In this document: piece after piece, positions 1 to 9,741 of the stretch
Numbering within the stretch: the first letter of the stretch is position 1
How the letters are laid out: each line of letters begins with the position of its first letter
Source of the DNA: Clostridia bacterium
Lineage (GTDB): Bacteria > Bacillota > Clostridia > Christensenellales > UBA1242
Length of the DNA: 64,000 nucleotides
Reading direction: 5' to 3'
Assembly: GCA_045638465.1 (NCBI GenBank)
Contig: JAZUBK010000043.1
Coordinates: 8,416 to 72,415, forward strand
Program-made: the position numbers and the translations under genes
Notes under the pieces: generated by a model
What the model was told of the DNA's origin: nothing
What the model saw: only the letters and a program-made list of their open reading frames with translations
Database searches by the model: none

Positions 1-1500
1 TTTCCTGATTATAATATATTTCTATCCAGTTTATACTTAATCCAAAAGTCAAACCAATAGAAACGGTTTCGCCTGGTTCTGCACTTTCTACACAGTCAAC
101 AGATCCCACACCGTTGATATTCTTAGTAATATTATAGGTTGTAACAACTTCTTCGAATACTACATAAACAGTTACGTTATTACATGGCATTGAAAAGTGG
201 CCGCTAAAATCAACTTCAGTAGTTGTTCCCTCAGCAATATAATACATTCTTGATACAGCGTATCCTGAATTTGGTGTTGCGTTTACTGCTATCACTGAAG
301 CACTAACAGCCGAATTAACTACTTCAAAAGTGCCACCCACTGTTTGCGCTTTTGTGATTGAATATCGTATTGCTTCAGTTTCTACGTAAATAGTAATATT
401 TGCGCTTGGCATAATGAAACTGCCACTAAAGGTTACTTGAGATAAAGAACCTTCTGCTACATAGTACATGTTTGATATTCTATGTCCAGCATTTGGAGTT
501 GCAGTAACGGTTACAGTAGAATTAGGAGCTGCAGATGATGCAACAGTAACTGTACAGTGCATTATCACGCCTTTTGAGATTGTGTATGATGCGCTTTCAA
601 ATAGAACATAAATAGTTATATTGTTACCAGGCATTGTAAAGTTGCCGCTAAAAGCAACCTCGGTTGTTGTTCCTTCAACAATATAATACATTCTTGCAAT
701 ATTGAAGCCTTCGTTTGCTTGAGCAGTAACAGAAACTGTTTCGCCATGAGTTGCAGAGGTATTAACACTAAAGCTTCCGTTTGTTACAGTGGCTTTGGTT
801 ATTGTATATTCTATTTTTTCAAATTCTACATAAACTGTTACATTTCCGCCAGGCATTGTAAAGCTACCACTAAATTCTACTTCGTCACTTTCGCCTTCTT
901 GCACGTAGTAACTTCTTGCTAGTCTATAATAACTATTTGGTGTAATTGTTACAGCTACGTTAGTGCCGTGTGTTGCGTTGGCAACAACACTAAAGCTGCC
1001 GTTTGTTGTAGCTGCTTTTGTGATTGTGTACTCTATTTTTGCAAATTCCACATAGATTGTAATATTTGCGCTTGGCATAATGAAGCTGTTTGTGAATACT
1101 ACTTCATTTGTTTTGCCTTCTTCTTTGTAGTACATTCTTGCTATTGCAAAATGACTATTTGGAGTTGCAACTATTGTAACCTCATCACCTTGGGCTGCAT
1201 TTGTAGGGGCTGTAAATGAGCCGTTTGTTGTTACAGCTTTTGTGATTGTATATTGTGTTTTTGCAAATTCTACATAAATTGTTACATCACTAGTTGGCAT
1301 TACAAAAGATGTTGTAAAGTCTACTCTATTGCCATTGCCATCAACATAGTATGATCTAATAAAACTATAGCCTACGTTTGCAGCAGTGCTTATAGCAACA
1401 GTTTCGCCAACCCTTGCTGTAGCAGAAGCTGTAAACGAACCGTTATTTGTTGCGGCTTTTGTGATTGTATATTGTCTTGCAAGTTGAGTGTATGTTGCGG
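1..1500 (-). repeat. In-frame tandem coding repeats, 222-bp period (74 aa), at least 6 units, probably continuing off-window
   Basis: The anchor 'ggcat' (rc ATGCC = the MP of the F.MP motif) recurs at 186, 408, 630, 852, 1074 and 1296, exactly 222 bp apart. The flanking sequence is imperfectly conserved. Confidence 0.85.
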
Positions 1501-3097
1501 TATAAGTTGTAACTTGAGTTGCTGCAACAATCTCGCTATCCCAACCAGCAAATACATATTCGTATTCTGCTGTCATTGGGCGTGTTGGGTTTTGACCTTT
1601 GTATTCTGGCATAGAGCCGTGGTTTACTTTGCTAGATTCTAGTTCTGTTCCGTCATAATTTGCAAAAGTAATTGTGTATGAGTGGATTGTGTATTTTGCA
1701 TAGAAATATTTGTTGCCTGTTTGATTTTCAAAAGTTGTAACAACCTCGCCTGTAAACTCATCATTTTCAAACCAACCGTCAAAGTCATAATGGTCTTTTG
1801 TAGGAACTGGCAAGGTTACTACATCTTCGATAGTATAACTTTGTGTATATTCTGTAGGCAATACGCCATCGTCGGTGTAATATGTGATTGTATATAAAGT
1901 TGCAATTATTTCAACGTACACTTCGATATTATTTGTTGGCATAACAAATGTTTGGTCAAATTCTACTTCATCTGTTGAGCCTTCACAAACATAGTAATAT
2001 CTTGATACTTCATAACCTTGAGGAGGAGTTGCTACAACTACTACATCATCACCAACCGAAGCAATTGGATTTTCGATAGTAAATTCGCAATCTTCTACAA
2101 CTGCAGTTATTGTATATTCTACCTTTGCAAATACTGCATATACAGTAATATTTCCCGCAGGAATTGTAAAAGTTTCTTCTATATCAACTTCGTTTTCTTG
2201 TCCATCGATAATATAGTAAAGTCTTGATAAAAAGTAGCCATCTTCTACTGTAATTGTAGGTGTTATATTTTCTTCAAATAAACCACTACCTACAATGTCG
2301 ATTGTTCCTTCACCTATTGTTTGGGTTGAGATATTGTATGTGTTTCTTTCCCAGTTTGCAGTAACTTCAAAGTTTTTCATACAACCTTTTGCTACTTGGT
2401 ATACCATAGCTGGAGATGTAATAATGTCATCTGTCCAACCAATAAATGTAAAACCTTCTTTTACTGGATCTGGAAGATTAAATGTAGGGGTATTGATTGT
2501 ATAATAGTCAATTCTTTCGCCCTCAAAATCTCCGCCTTGCAAATCATATGTAATTGTGTATTTTATTTCAACGATTGATACAAATACTTGGATATCACCC
2601 GCAGGCATAACAAATCTATTGCCAAGGATTAAAGTTTTTTCTTCTGTACCCTCCATGATATAGTACATTTCTTCTATTTCAAAACCTTGAGGAAGATTGA
2701 AGTTTACAACAACTAGTTCGCCCATTCTTGCAGTTTGAGCGACGTGTATATTTCCTTGGTTTTCGTTAGATATTGTATAGTCAAGAGGTGTATATCTTGC
2801 GGTATATTTACCTGCAGTTTCTTCGGTCATAATAAATGAGTAGTTCTGCATATTGCTTACCACTTCATTTTCTTTGATCCAAGCGTCAAAGACATATCCG
2901 TCTCTAGTCTTTGCTTTTAGCATAACAACAGAGCCCTCTTTGTACTTGCCGTCACCAGATAGACAAGAAACAATCTCATCGTCTCCATAAAACTCTATAG
3001 TTAGTCTATCGTCTTTTCTAAAGACAAAAAACCATGTAGCAAAACCTATGCCACAAATAAGTATTAAGCTAAAAAATATCCAAAAAAACTTCTTCAT
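1..3097 (-). CDS. Large secreted/surface repeat protein, N-terminal part only (gene runs off the left edge): signal/anchor, Listeria-Bacteroides (Flg_new)-type repeats, then tandem ~74-aa InlB-B-repeat-like domains
   Basis: Absent from the ORF track because there is no stop in the window. Reverse translation from ATG at 3097 (RBS AGAGGGA just upstream) gives MKKFFWIFFSLILICGIGFATWFF... and stays open to position 1. Motifs YTITYDLQGG...EGFTFIGWT, and repeated YTITKA..NGSF..MYY..EG..FSG.F.MP..N(V/I)T(V/I)YV.F. Confidence 0.8.
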   Translation of the reverse strand, partial: MKKFFWIFFSLILICGIGFATWFFVFRKDDRLTIEFYGDDEIVSCLSGDGKYKEGSVVMLKAKTRDGYVFDAWIKENEVVSNMQNYSFIMTEETAGKYTARYTPLDYTISNENQGNIHVAQTARMGELVVVNFNLPQGFEIEEMYYIMEGTEEKTLILGNRFVMPAGDIQVFVSIVEIKYTITYDLQGGDFEGERIDYYTINTPTFNLPDPVKEGFTFIGWTDDIITSPAMVYQVAKGCMKNFEVTANWERNTYNISTQTIGEGTIDIVGSGLFEENITPTITVEDGYFLSRLYYIIDGQENEVDIEETFTIPAGNITVYAVFAKVEYTITAVVEDCEFTIENPIASVGDDVVVVATPPQGYEVSRYYYVCEGSTDEVEFDQTFVMPTNNIEVYVEIIATLYTITYYTDDGVLPTEYTQSYTIEDVVTLPVPTKDHYDFDGWFENDEFTGEVVTTFENQTGNKYFYAKYTIHSYTITFANYDGTELESSKVNHGSMPEYKGQNPTRPMTAEYEYVFAGWDSEIVAATQVTTYTATYTQLARQYTITKAATNNGSFTASATARVGETVAISTAANVGYSFIRSYYVDGNGNRVDFTTSFVMPTSDVTIYVEFAKTQYTITKAVTTNGSFTAPTNAAQGDEVTIVATPNSHFAIARMYYKEEGKTNEVVFTNSFIMPSANITIYVEFAKIEYTITKAATTNGSFSVVANATHGTNVAVTITPNSYYRLARSYYVQEGESDEVEFSGSFTMPGGNVTVYVEFEKIEYTITKATVTNGSFSVNTSATHGETVSVTAQANEGFNIARMYYIVEGTTTEVAFSGNFTMPGNNITIYVLFESASYTISKGVIMHCTVTVASSAAPNSTVTVTATPNAGHRISNMYYVAEGSLSQVTFSGSFIMPSANITIYVETEAIRYSITKAQTVGGTFEVVNSAVSASVIAVNATPNSGYAVSRMYYIAEGTTTEVDFSGHFSMPCNNVTVYVVFEEVVTTYNITKNINGVGSVDCVESAEPGETVSIGLTFGLSINWIEIYYNQE

Positions 3098-3180
3098 CTC
3101 AATCCCTCTTTATCCGTAAAAAATTACATAGTATTTCATTATATATATTTATTATATATATTAATACAAAAAAAGTAAAT

Positions 3181-3208
3181 AAAAAAACTCTGGCTAAATA
3201 GTCAGAGT
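3181..3208 (-). terminator. Intrinsic terminator downstream of the yqeY-like gene
   Basis: Stem actctg (3187-3192) / cagagt (3203-3208), followed on the minus strand by a T-run (plus-strand A-run 3181-3186). Confidence 0.6.
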
Positions 3209-3219
3209 TTTATTTTTTA

Positions 3220-3642
3220 TTAAAATTTTTTCAAAGTTTCTTGAACAAGCTTCATTTCGCACTTACCAGCGTAGTTTGCTTTAAAATGTTTCATTACAGA
3301 AGGAACGCTCTTATCATCTAAAGAAGCTATAACATTGTAGATTTCTTCTGCAGACATCATTTGAGGAAGGTAACCCTCAAGAAGTTTTGCTTGTCTTTCG
3401 ATTTCTGCAGCTTTGTCTGCATTGTTTGCTTTTTTATAGTTTTCTGCCTCATCGCCAAGTTCTTTGATGGTTTTTTGCAAAATTGCAACCATATCGGCAT
3501 CAACTAATTCTTCGCCTTTTTCTCTTTTTATTATTGTTTGTTGCATAGCTTTTGTCATTACTATACTATATATGCTTCTTGCTACTTGGTCTTTTTCTTT
3601 CAAAGCAGTAACATTTGCTTTTTTGATTTCGTCTAGTATCAT
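3220..3642 (-). CDS. GatB/YqeY-domain protein
   Basis: 140-aa ORF. The sequence MILDEIKKANVTALKEKD...LLEGYLPQMMSAEEI...KANYAGKCEMKLV matches the YqeY family pattern from memory. It lies 15 nt downstream of the preceding gene. Confidence 0.75.
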   Translation of the reverse strand: MILDEIKKANVTALKEKDQVARSIYSIVMTKAMQQTIIKREKGEELVDADMVAILQKTIKELGDEAENYKKANNADKAAEIERQAKLLEGYLPQMMSAEEIYNVIASLDDKSVPSVMKHFKANYAGKCEMKLVQETLKKF

Positions 3643-3657
3643 ATTTATTTCTCCTCA

Positions 3658-6600
3658 TTATATTCTCATTCTACGTTTTACAACTATTACTCTGATGATT
3701 ATAGCCGCAAGAACTACACCCAAAGCTGCAGCTCCGTAATAGATAATTTCCATAGGAAACTCTTTCTTTTCTTCTACAATCAAAGTAAATTCTACAACAG
3801 AAGATGTATTACCATCACTGTCTACAAAGTATAATTTAATTATATATGTTCCAGGTTTGTTTACATCTACAGTGCTATCGTCAATATTCAAAAATCCGCT
3901 TTCTCTTAGATCTTTCCAACCGCTATTGATTGTGCCGTCTTCTGTATCTGTAATTTTGTACATAAAGTCATAAATATTAAACTTTCCACCTACAGGAATT
4001 GATGCACTAGTATTTAGCATTTCAATAATTGGGTTTCCGCCAGATACAACATGAATAGTAATAGATCTTTGTGTTTGGTTACCAGCGCTATCTTTGAATA
4101 GGTACGCTAGTTGATATTCTCTATCTCCACCAACAGTTGTTGCAAAGTCAACAGAAGGAACTTCCACTCCGCCTTTAAAGATTTTAACAGAAATAGGATT
4201 TAGTGCTCCGTCTATTTCGTCAAAAGCTGTAAAGTATCCGTCCGCAGTAAAGTCTGGATATTCTCTTCCTTTGATAAATGATGTTGTTTTGTCTTGAGCT
4301 AGTGTTACCTCTGGGGCTGTTTTGTCTACTATATTTAGTGTAACAGTGTACTCTTCACTCATAGCATCGTCGCTGTCGATAACTTTATATTTTAGATAAC
4401 CAACTCCAATAAAAGGAACATCTCTTTCTTGAACTTCATTGTATACGTCATGGAAAGAGATTGTCACTCTGCCATTTACACCAAATGAAAGGTTGGTGAT
4501 AATTGGTAATCCTTCACCATCTACAATACTGATACCGCTATTGATAAATTGAACACCACTAGCATCATCTGTTGCTAGAGATGATAAATCAAAAGTTATA
4601 TCATCAGTATAAGCAAATTCGTAATCTTTGTTTTGTCCTGTTGGAGCTTGGTTTTGAATCAAAATAGGAACAGTCAAAGTTGTTTCATTGTTTGATTGGT
4701 CAAATAATGTATATTTTACTGCATATTCTGCGATTTCTCTAAATGAATATCTTTCAAGTCCACCGCTAAAACTAAAACCTACGGTTGTAATAATTACATC
4801 ATTTGTACTTAAAGTAGAAGAGTTATCAGCAACATCTTCTAGGTATTCTCTAAAGTAAACTGTTGTATCTCTTCTAACAATAAGGCTATGATCACCTGAT
4901 TCTTCGTCATAAGTTAGAGTAATACTGTCGTCACCATCAAGATCCGCAAGGTAAATTGTTGGCGGTGTTTCGTCTTTAAAAATTATTTTATAGAAAGTGT
5001 TTTCGCTAGTAGAGTGGCCATCACTTACAAAGAATGTAAAAGAGATTTCTCCTGCCATAGCCATTGTTGGAGTAAAACTAAATTTTGTATGGTCGCTACC
5101 ATCTTGAGTAATAGTTCCTCTTGAAGATGTGGCGTTGTATGTGATAGTGTCACCATCATAATCGGTTGCATTGATAATAAAGTAAACTGATGTGCCTAGT
5201 GGTATTTCTTCGTTTACTGCGATATTTGCATCAGTTCCTTCTACTCTTGCCATTACGCTGATAATCTCTGGTGGAGTATCTACAATAACAAGTGTTGCAG
5301 TTGTTGTTCCTGTAAGAGAAGTATCTAAGTCTGTATAAGAGTATGTAATAGTGTAACTACCTGCTATTGTTGTGTCGATTGTTGGGTGGGTAATTATTAC
5401 TTTTGCTGGGTCTTGGAAAACATCTTCGTCAACGTAAGTTCCATCATATAAAACGATGTTTCTTAGGTTACCTCTTGCTGTTTCTTCGATATAATCTACT
5501 TCAGAATATTTTTCCACTTGAATTTCTGTTTGGTACAAAATAATAATTGGTTTTTGAGTTGCGGCTACTACAACAGATAGATAAACTATTTCTTCATATT
5601 CGCTTACAACATCATTCATATAGATTTCTAAGTTAAAAGTTCCTACACTAAGTGTTGATTGTCTCAAAGTAAGTTGTGCACTAAGTGGAGTTGTAAGTTC
5701 TGTATCTTCTGGAGCATAAGAAATATCGTAGCCAAGATCAAAAATATCTGTGTCGCTAAGTGCTGCACTTACATTTCTAAGTCCTGTTGTACAATTTACA
5801 TCAATAACAATATCCTCTCCTGCATTTATAGAAATTGTCTTTCTAGATGTTGTAGAAGTTGTTGGAATAGTTGTTCCACCATAAGATAATGAAATTGTAT
5901 CATCAAGTATTACTTCTTGTTCGATATATACATATAGACGACCAACTGTCTCTAAGTAGTTGTCCAAAACCCTTAGTCTATGTATAGGAATTTCTTGTTG
6001 GGTGTTAAATAATGTTTTATCAATTACACCATTCATAGATACAACACCTTCAGAAACAACACTACCATACATTAGTTCATCTACAGTATAAGTAGTTCCT
6101 TCGTCAAAATATGCAACAAGATAACTTTTTACAAAAGCCTCATCAAAAGTATATGATCCTACACTATCAGCGTCGATTGTTATAAGACCGTCGTATCCAG
6201 ATTTAAAGTAAACACCTTTGTTAGAAAAAGTTATTTTAAAAACTGAAACTGAAGTGTTATATGTATTTCCCCCTTCAGTAACTGTTCCATAATAATACAA
6301 ATTTAGATCGCCAGTGATGTTACCAGCAACAGTAAGGTATAATCTAGTAGAAGTATAAGAAAGAGCTTTTACCCCAGGGATTGAACTGGTTACAGTATGT
6401 GTTCCATTGCTTTCAGTTGTTGTATAAGGGTTACCTGCACTATCGCAAAAATGCAAAACTATAGTTCCTGCTTGTGAGTTGGCAAATAATCTAGAGTATG
6501 CAACAGAAGATAGTGATGGGTCTGAAACTTCGGTTAGTGCAAGGTCCAAACTTGCAGAATCGCTACTTGTTGGTAGAGCACCTGAGTATCTATACTTATT

Positions 6601-6738
6601 GTACATATTATAGGTAGTTTCAAACCCTGTCGCAGTAACTGTCGCATCAGCGTGAGATGTTACCGACAAAAAAGATATGAAATTGTAGTTAAAAGCTATT
6701 GTCAAACATAGCATAATTGCAATAAAAAATCTCTTCAT
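3658..6738 (-). CDS. Large cell-surface protein with Ig-like (DUF5011/HYR-type) modules and a C-terminal membrane anchor
   Basis: ORF 3658..6792. Preferred start is ATG 6738 (MKRFFIAIMLC..., RBS GAGGAAG). Signal peptide present. Module boundaries of the type DTPPEII, ETPPTIY, KTAPEVTL...DEIDG...D.AGN. C-terminal hydrophobic helix followed by KRRMRI. Confidence 0.7.
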   Translation of the reverse strand: MKRFFIAIMLCLTIAFNYNFISFLSVTSHADATVTATGFETTYNMYNKYRYSGALPTSSDSASLDLALTEVSDPSLSSVAYSRLFANSQAGTIVLHFCDSAGNPYTTTESNGTHTVTSSIPGVKALSYTSTRLYLTVAGNITGDLNLYYYGTVTEGGNTYNTSVSVFKITFSNKGVYFKSGYDGLITIDADSVGSYTFDEAFVKSYLVAYFDEGTTYTVDELMYGSVVSEGVVSMNGVIDKTLFNTQQEIPIHRLRVLDNYLETVGRLYVYIEQEVILDDTISLSYGGTTIPTTSTTSRKTISINAGEDIVIDVNCTTGLRNVSAALSDTDIFDLGYDISYAPEDTELTTPLSAQLTLRQSTLSVGTFNLEIYMNDVVSEYEEIVYLSVVVAATQKPIIILYQTEIQVEKYSEVDYIEETARGNLRNIVLYDGTYVDEDVFQDPAKVIITHPTIDTTIAGSYTITYSYTDLDTSLTGTTTATLVIVDTPPEIISVMARVEGTDANIAVNEEIPLGTSVYFIINATDYDGDTITYNATSSRGTITQDGSDHTKFSFTPTMAMAGEISFTFFVSDGHSTSENTFYKIIFKDETPPTIYLADLDGDDSITLTYDEESGDHSLIVRRDTTVYFREYLEDVADNSSTLSTNDVIITTVGFSFSGGLERYSFREIAEYAVKYTLFDQSNNETTLTVPILIQNQAPTGQNKDYEFAYTDDITFDLSSLATDDASGVQFINSGISIVDGEGLPIITNLSFGVNGRVTISFHDVYNEVQERDVPFIGVGYLKYKVIDSDDAMSEEYTVTLNIVDKTAPEVTLAQDKTTSFIKGREYPDFTADGYFTAFDEIDGALNPISVKIFKGGVEVPSVDFATTVGGDREYQLAYLFKDSAGNQTQRSITIHVVSGGNPIIEMLNTSASIPVGGKFNIYDFMYKITDTEDGTINSGWKDLRESGFLNIDDSTVDVNKPGTYIIKLYFVDSDGNTSSVVEFTLIVEEKKEFPMEIIYYGAAALGVVLAAIIIRVIVVKRRMRI

Positions 6739-6842
6739 ATAGACTTCCTCTTTATATACTATAGATATAACATTATTATATTTTTTTGTCAATTTTATTT
6801 AATTGTTTTGCAACTATTCCATAAATTTGTTAATATATATTT

Positions 6843-7166
6843 ATGGAAGAAAATAACACTAGACAATTCACAAAATTAGATGAGGGTTTCATTTGCGAAA
6901 ATTGTAAAAAGCAAGTTTCCCCACTAAAATACACTTCAAGAGACCATTGCCCACATTGTTTATACTCTCTACACGTTGATATCAACCCAGGAGATAGACA
7001 GTGCACCTGCAAAGGCCTTCTTCGTCCGACTGGCCTAGAAAAAAACAAAAAAGGCTATCAAATTGTCTACACTTGCACAAAGTGTGGACAAATAAAGAAA
7101 AACATTGTGGCCGAAGATGACAATTACGACAAAATACTTCGACTAAGTAGCGGTAGAAATATTTAG
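6843..7166 (+). CDS. RNHCP-domain zinc-binding protein
   Basis: 107 aa with CENC ... RDHCPHC ... CTKCG cysteine pairs. The RDHCP motif fits the RNHCP family signature from memory. Confidence 0.6.
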   Translation: MEENNTRQFTKLDEGFICENCKKQVSPLKYTSRDHCPHCLYSLHVDINPGDRQCTCKGLLRPTGLEKNKKGYQIVYTCTKCGQIKKNIVAEDDNYDKILRLSSGRNI

Positions 7167-7231
7167 TTTTGTTTGACTTTAGGCGGTTTGGCCTCTATAA
7201 TAAAAATATAAACAACTTAATAGGAGTAACT

Positions 7232-8041
7232 ATGCTAAAAAAATTATTAGCTTTAGTGCTTATCGTTTTGGTTTCGTTTGCATCTTTTGGTTGCGGGGAG
7301 CTATCTTTTGAAGACACCCCTTATACAAAAAGCGACAAATCAGTAGCAGAAATAATTACTTTTTATAATTCATCATACGCAGGAAACTTGCAGCTTAAAG
7401 CAAAGTATGAAGGTTCTTCTACTCTAAAATCTGGTAGCACTACTACAAAAACAGAATATAAATATATCGTTGGAAAAATAGGAAACGACAACTATTGCAA
7501 AATAGAAGAAGACATTACTGTTAATGGTATTCCTTCTCAAACTATAGTAACAATCTATTACCAAGATACAAAAGCCGTTGCTACAACATCTACTGCAACT
7601 GGCGCTACTACTAAGATAAAAGAATACTACCGTACAGATAATATCAACAGAGACCTTTTGCTTACTATCTTCCCAACACTATATGCCGAAAGTGTCGAAA
7701 AAACTGGCCACAAAGAATATGAGGAAAAACATTATTACAAACTAACATTAACTAAAGATAGTGTTAACGACGAATTTACAAATCCTATCATCACCCGTCC
7801 AGAAGATACATTTATCACTCTATACTCATATGAGTTTGGCGTAAACAAAGGTGGTTATCTATCTTACTTTGTCCTAGATTACGAACTAGAAGATAGCACA
7901 CGCAAAGTAGTTTCTACCTATACATCAAAAATTGAACTTGTACCACCATATGGTGCAGATATGTATATTGGCGAAGCTCCTGACTTTAGCGATTATGTAG
8001 ATCCTACTGAGCCAGGCGGCGGATCAGGTCCTACAGAATAA
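7232..8041 (+). CDS. Lipoprotein of unknown function
   Basis: ORF 7169..8041. Preferred start is ATG 7232 behind the RBS TAGGAG. MLKKLLALVLIVLVSFASFGC carries a lipobox. Confidence 0.7.
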   Translation: MLKKLLALVLIVLVSFASFGCGELSFEDTPYTKSDKSVAEIITFYNSSYAGNLQLKAKYEGSSTLKSGSTTTKTEYKYIVGKIGNDNYCKIEEDITVNGIPSQTIVTIYYQDTKAVATTSTATGATTKIKEYYRTDNINRDLLLTIFPTLYAESVEKTGHKEYEEKHYYKLTLTKDSVNDEFTNPIITRPEDTFITLYSYEFGVNKGGYLSYFVLDYELEDSTRKVVSTYTSKIELVPPYGADMYIGEAPDFSDYVDPTEPGGGSGPTE

Positions 8042-8058
8042 ACCTATAACAAAAAAAA

Positions 8059-8086
8059 ACTATACGAAATCGTATAGTTTTTTTTA
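8059..8086. terminator. Bidirectional intrinsic terminator between convergent genes
   Basis: Perfect stem actatacg (8059-8066) / cgtatagt (8071-8078), flanked by an A-run and a T-run. Confidence 0.75.
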
Positions 8087-8107
8087 TTGCGTTATTTGAT
8101 AAAAATA

Positions 8108-8449
8108 TTACACATTTTTGTTAATATTGGTAATTACAATGTCGGCATCTGTTTTTGCTACATTTGATATAAGCACTTTTCCGATCTCTATGCTTCTAGG
8201 AAGTTTAGCAGTCTTTATTTCTTTCAAAACTTCAAAGACTTTTTCTTTTGGCACAGGCTTTGAAGATTTTAGCGAAATTGTTTTGTCCTCGAACTTTTTG
8301 ATAGTTGTTATCATTCTCTCAGGCTTTGTTACTTCCCTTTCGCCATAGATTACACCTCTTGGGCAACCGCTACCCGTAACAGTAATCTTCTTGCCTTTGG
8401 TAACTTCTAGTTCGCAGCCTCTTGGGCACATAATACATATTACTTTCAT
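8108..8449 (-). CDS. DUF1667-domain protein (small subunit of the anaerobic glycerol-3-P dehydrogenase-type trio)
   Basis: 113 aa. MKVICIMCPRGCELEV...GSGCPRG is the cysteine pattern typical of DUF1667. TAATG start/stop overlap with the upstream gene. Confidence 0.7.
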   Translation of the reverse strand: MKVICIMCPRGCELEVTKGKKITVTGSGCPRGVIYGEREVTKPERMITTIKKFEDKTISLKSSKPVPKEKVFEVLKEIKTAKLPRSIEIGKVLISNVAKTDADIVITNINKNV

Positions 8450-9741
8450 TATTTGCCCTCCTTTACTTCGATGGTTATATCTCCGCTTATTTTTGACTTA
8501 TCCAAAACCAAAGTTTCCATCTCTGCAGGTAACATAATTGGCTTATCTTTTTCGGCGATGATATTATCACCACATTTTACAATAAGCTTTGTGTTTTCAA
8601 AGACTTTGCCAACTCTAAATCTAATATAACAAATACCGCCGCCAACAAATAGAGTTTTTGGAACTGTATACCTTATGCCGTTTCCACAAATAATCTTGAC
8701 GCTGTCACCCTTGGTCAAAGTGCCTTTTACAAATTTACCTGCGTTAAGTCCGCAAGTTTCGGCTTCTACTGTTACATTATCTACAATATCGTGAACATGC
8801 AAAACATTTCCGCAAGAGAATATACCCTCTTTATTTGTTTGCAAGTATTCGTCTACGATAGCGCCACCAGTAATATTATCCATTTCTATTCCAAAATCAC
8901 TTGCAATAGTATTTTCTGGGATAAGACCTACAGACAACACAACAGTGTCGCACTCAACAAATTCCTTTTTGTCAAGGTCTAAACTAAAATCAGGTTTTAC
9001 TGGGGCAACATATATACCCTCTACCCTGTCGGTTCCGACAACTTCGACAATGGTTTTGCTAAGATGTAGTGGGATATTATAATCGTCCAAACATTGAACA
9101 ATATTTCTTTTTAGCCCTGATGGGTACGGTTGAACTTCGTACACGCCTAGAACTTGTGTTCCTTCGTAGGTAAGTCTTCTTGCCATAATAAGTCCGATAT
9201 CACCAGAGCCGATAATTACAGCTTTATTTCCAACTTTTTTGCCATAAATATTTACTATCTTTTGAACACAACCTGCAGACATTACCCCCGCCGGTCTAGT
9301 TCCACAAAGATTAATCGCTCCTGCTGGTCTTTCTCTACAACCCATAGCAAGAACAATCGCTCCTGCGGTTATTTTGAAACTTCCCATAGGGCTTATAACT
9401 TCGATTACGTATCTTTGTTTTTTGCTCAAAGAGTTTATAAGTTTTGGAACAAAACTACACTCTCTTATCTTAGTTACAGTTGTTTCTAGCATCACTGCTA
9501 TATCGCTATTTTTTATCTTTTCGATAAAGGCATTAGCATACTCAGGGCCTGTCATTTCGGTTTTGAAATAAGAAAGGCCAAAACCATTATGAACACATTG
9601 ATTTAATATTCCGCCCAAAGTGGCATTACGCTCTAACAAAAGAACGCTACTTGTTTCTTCTCTTGCTTTTAGTGCTGCTGCCATACCAGCAGAGCCGCCG
9701 CCTATTACTACTACGTCATAATTATAGTTCATAGATGCCAC
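8449..9741 (-). CDS. NAD(P)/FAD-dependent (pyridine nucleotide-disulfide type) oxidoreductase
   Basis: 430 aa. N-terminal dinucleotide fold YDVVVIGGGSAGMAAA and a second fold VIIGSGDIGL. Overlaps the upstream gene by 20 nt. Confidence 0.75.
   Translation of the reverse strand: MASMNYNYDVVVIGGGSAGMAAALKAREETSSVLLLERNATLGGILNQCVHNGFGLSYFKTEMTGPEYANAFIEKIKNSDIAVMLETTVTKIRECSFVPKLINSLSKKQRYVIEVISPMGSFKITAGAIVLAMGCRERPAGAINLCGTRPAGVMSAGCVQKIVNIYGKKVGNKAVIIGSGDIGLIMARRLTYEGTQVLGVYEVQPYPSGLKRNIVQCLDDYNIPLHLSKTIVEVVGTDRVEGIYVAPVKPDFSLDLDKKEFVECDTVVLSVGLIPENTIASDFGIEMDNITGGAIVDEYLQTNKEGIFSCGNVLHVHDIVDNVTVEAETCGLNAGKFVKGTLTKGDSVKIICGNGIRYTVPKTLFVGGGICYIRFRVGKVFENTKLIVKCGDNIIAEKDKPIMLPAEMETLVLDKSKISGDITIEVKEGK

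Noticed and set aside
719-2578. Track ORFs on the + strand (719..922, 968..1219, 1682..1897, 2018..2227, 2295..2504, 2396..2578) encoding Cys/Phe/Tyr-rich peptides
   Set aside because: They lie antisense to a long uninterrupted minus-strand reading frame with clear domain repeats. Their similarity to each other simply mirrors the 222-bp repeat. They have no RBS and their composition is implausible.
6739-6792. N-terminal extensions given by the ORF track (also 7169-7231, 11260-11301, 17857-17883, 21782-21835, 33574-33618, 62597-62626, 62887-62970)
   Set aside because: In each case an internal ATG with a proper Shine-Dalgarno and a canonical family N-terminus (signal peptide, lipobox, ATP-cone, HTH, etc.) is the better start. 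The upstream extensions run through promoter sequence or through the preceding gene.
6830-7048. 72-aa minus-strand ORF antisense to the RNHCP gene (likewise 11209..11409 and other short antisense ORFs inside long genes)
   Set aside because: These are shadow ORFs opposite well-supported genes and have no translation signals.
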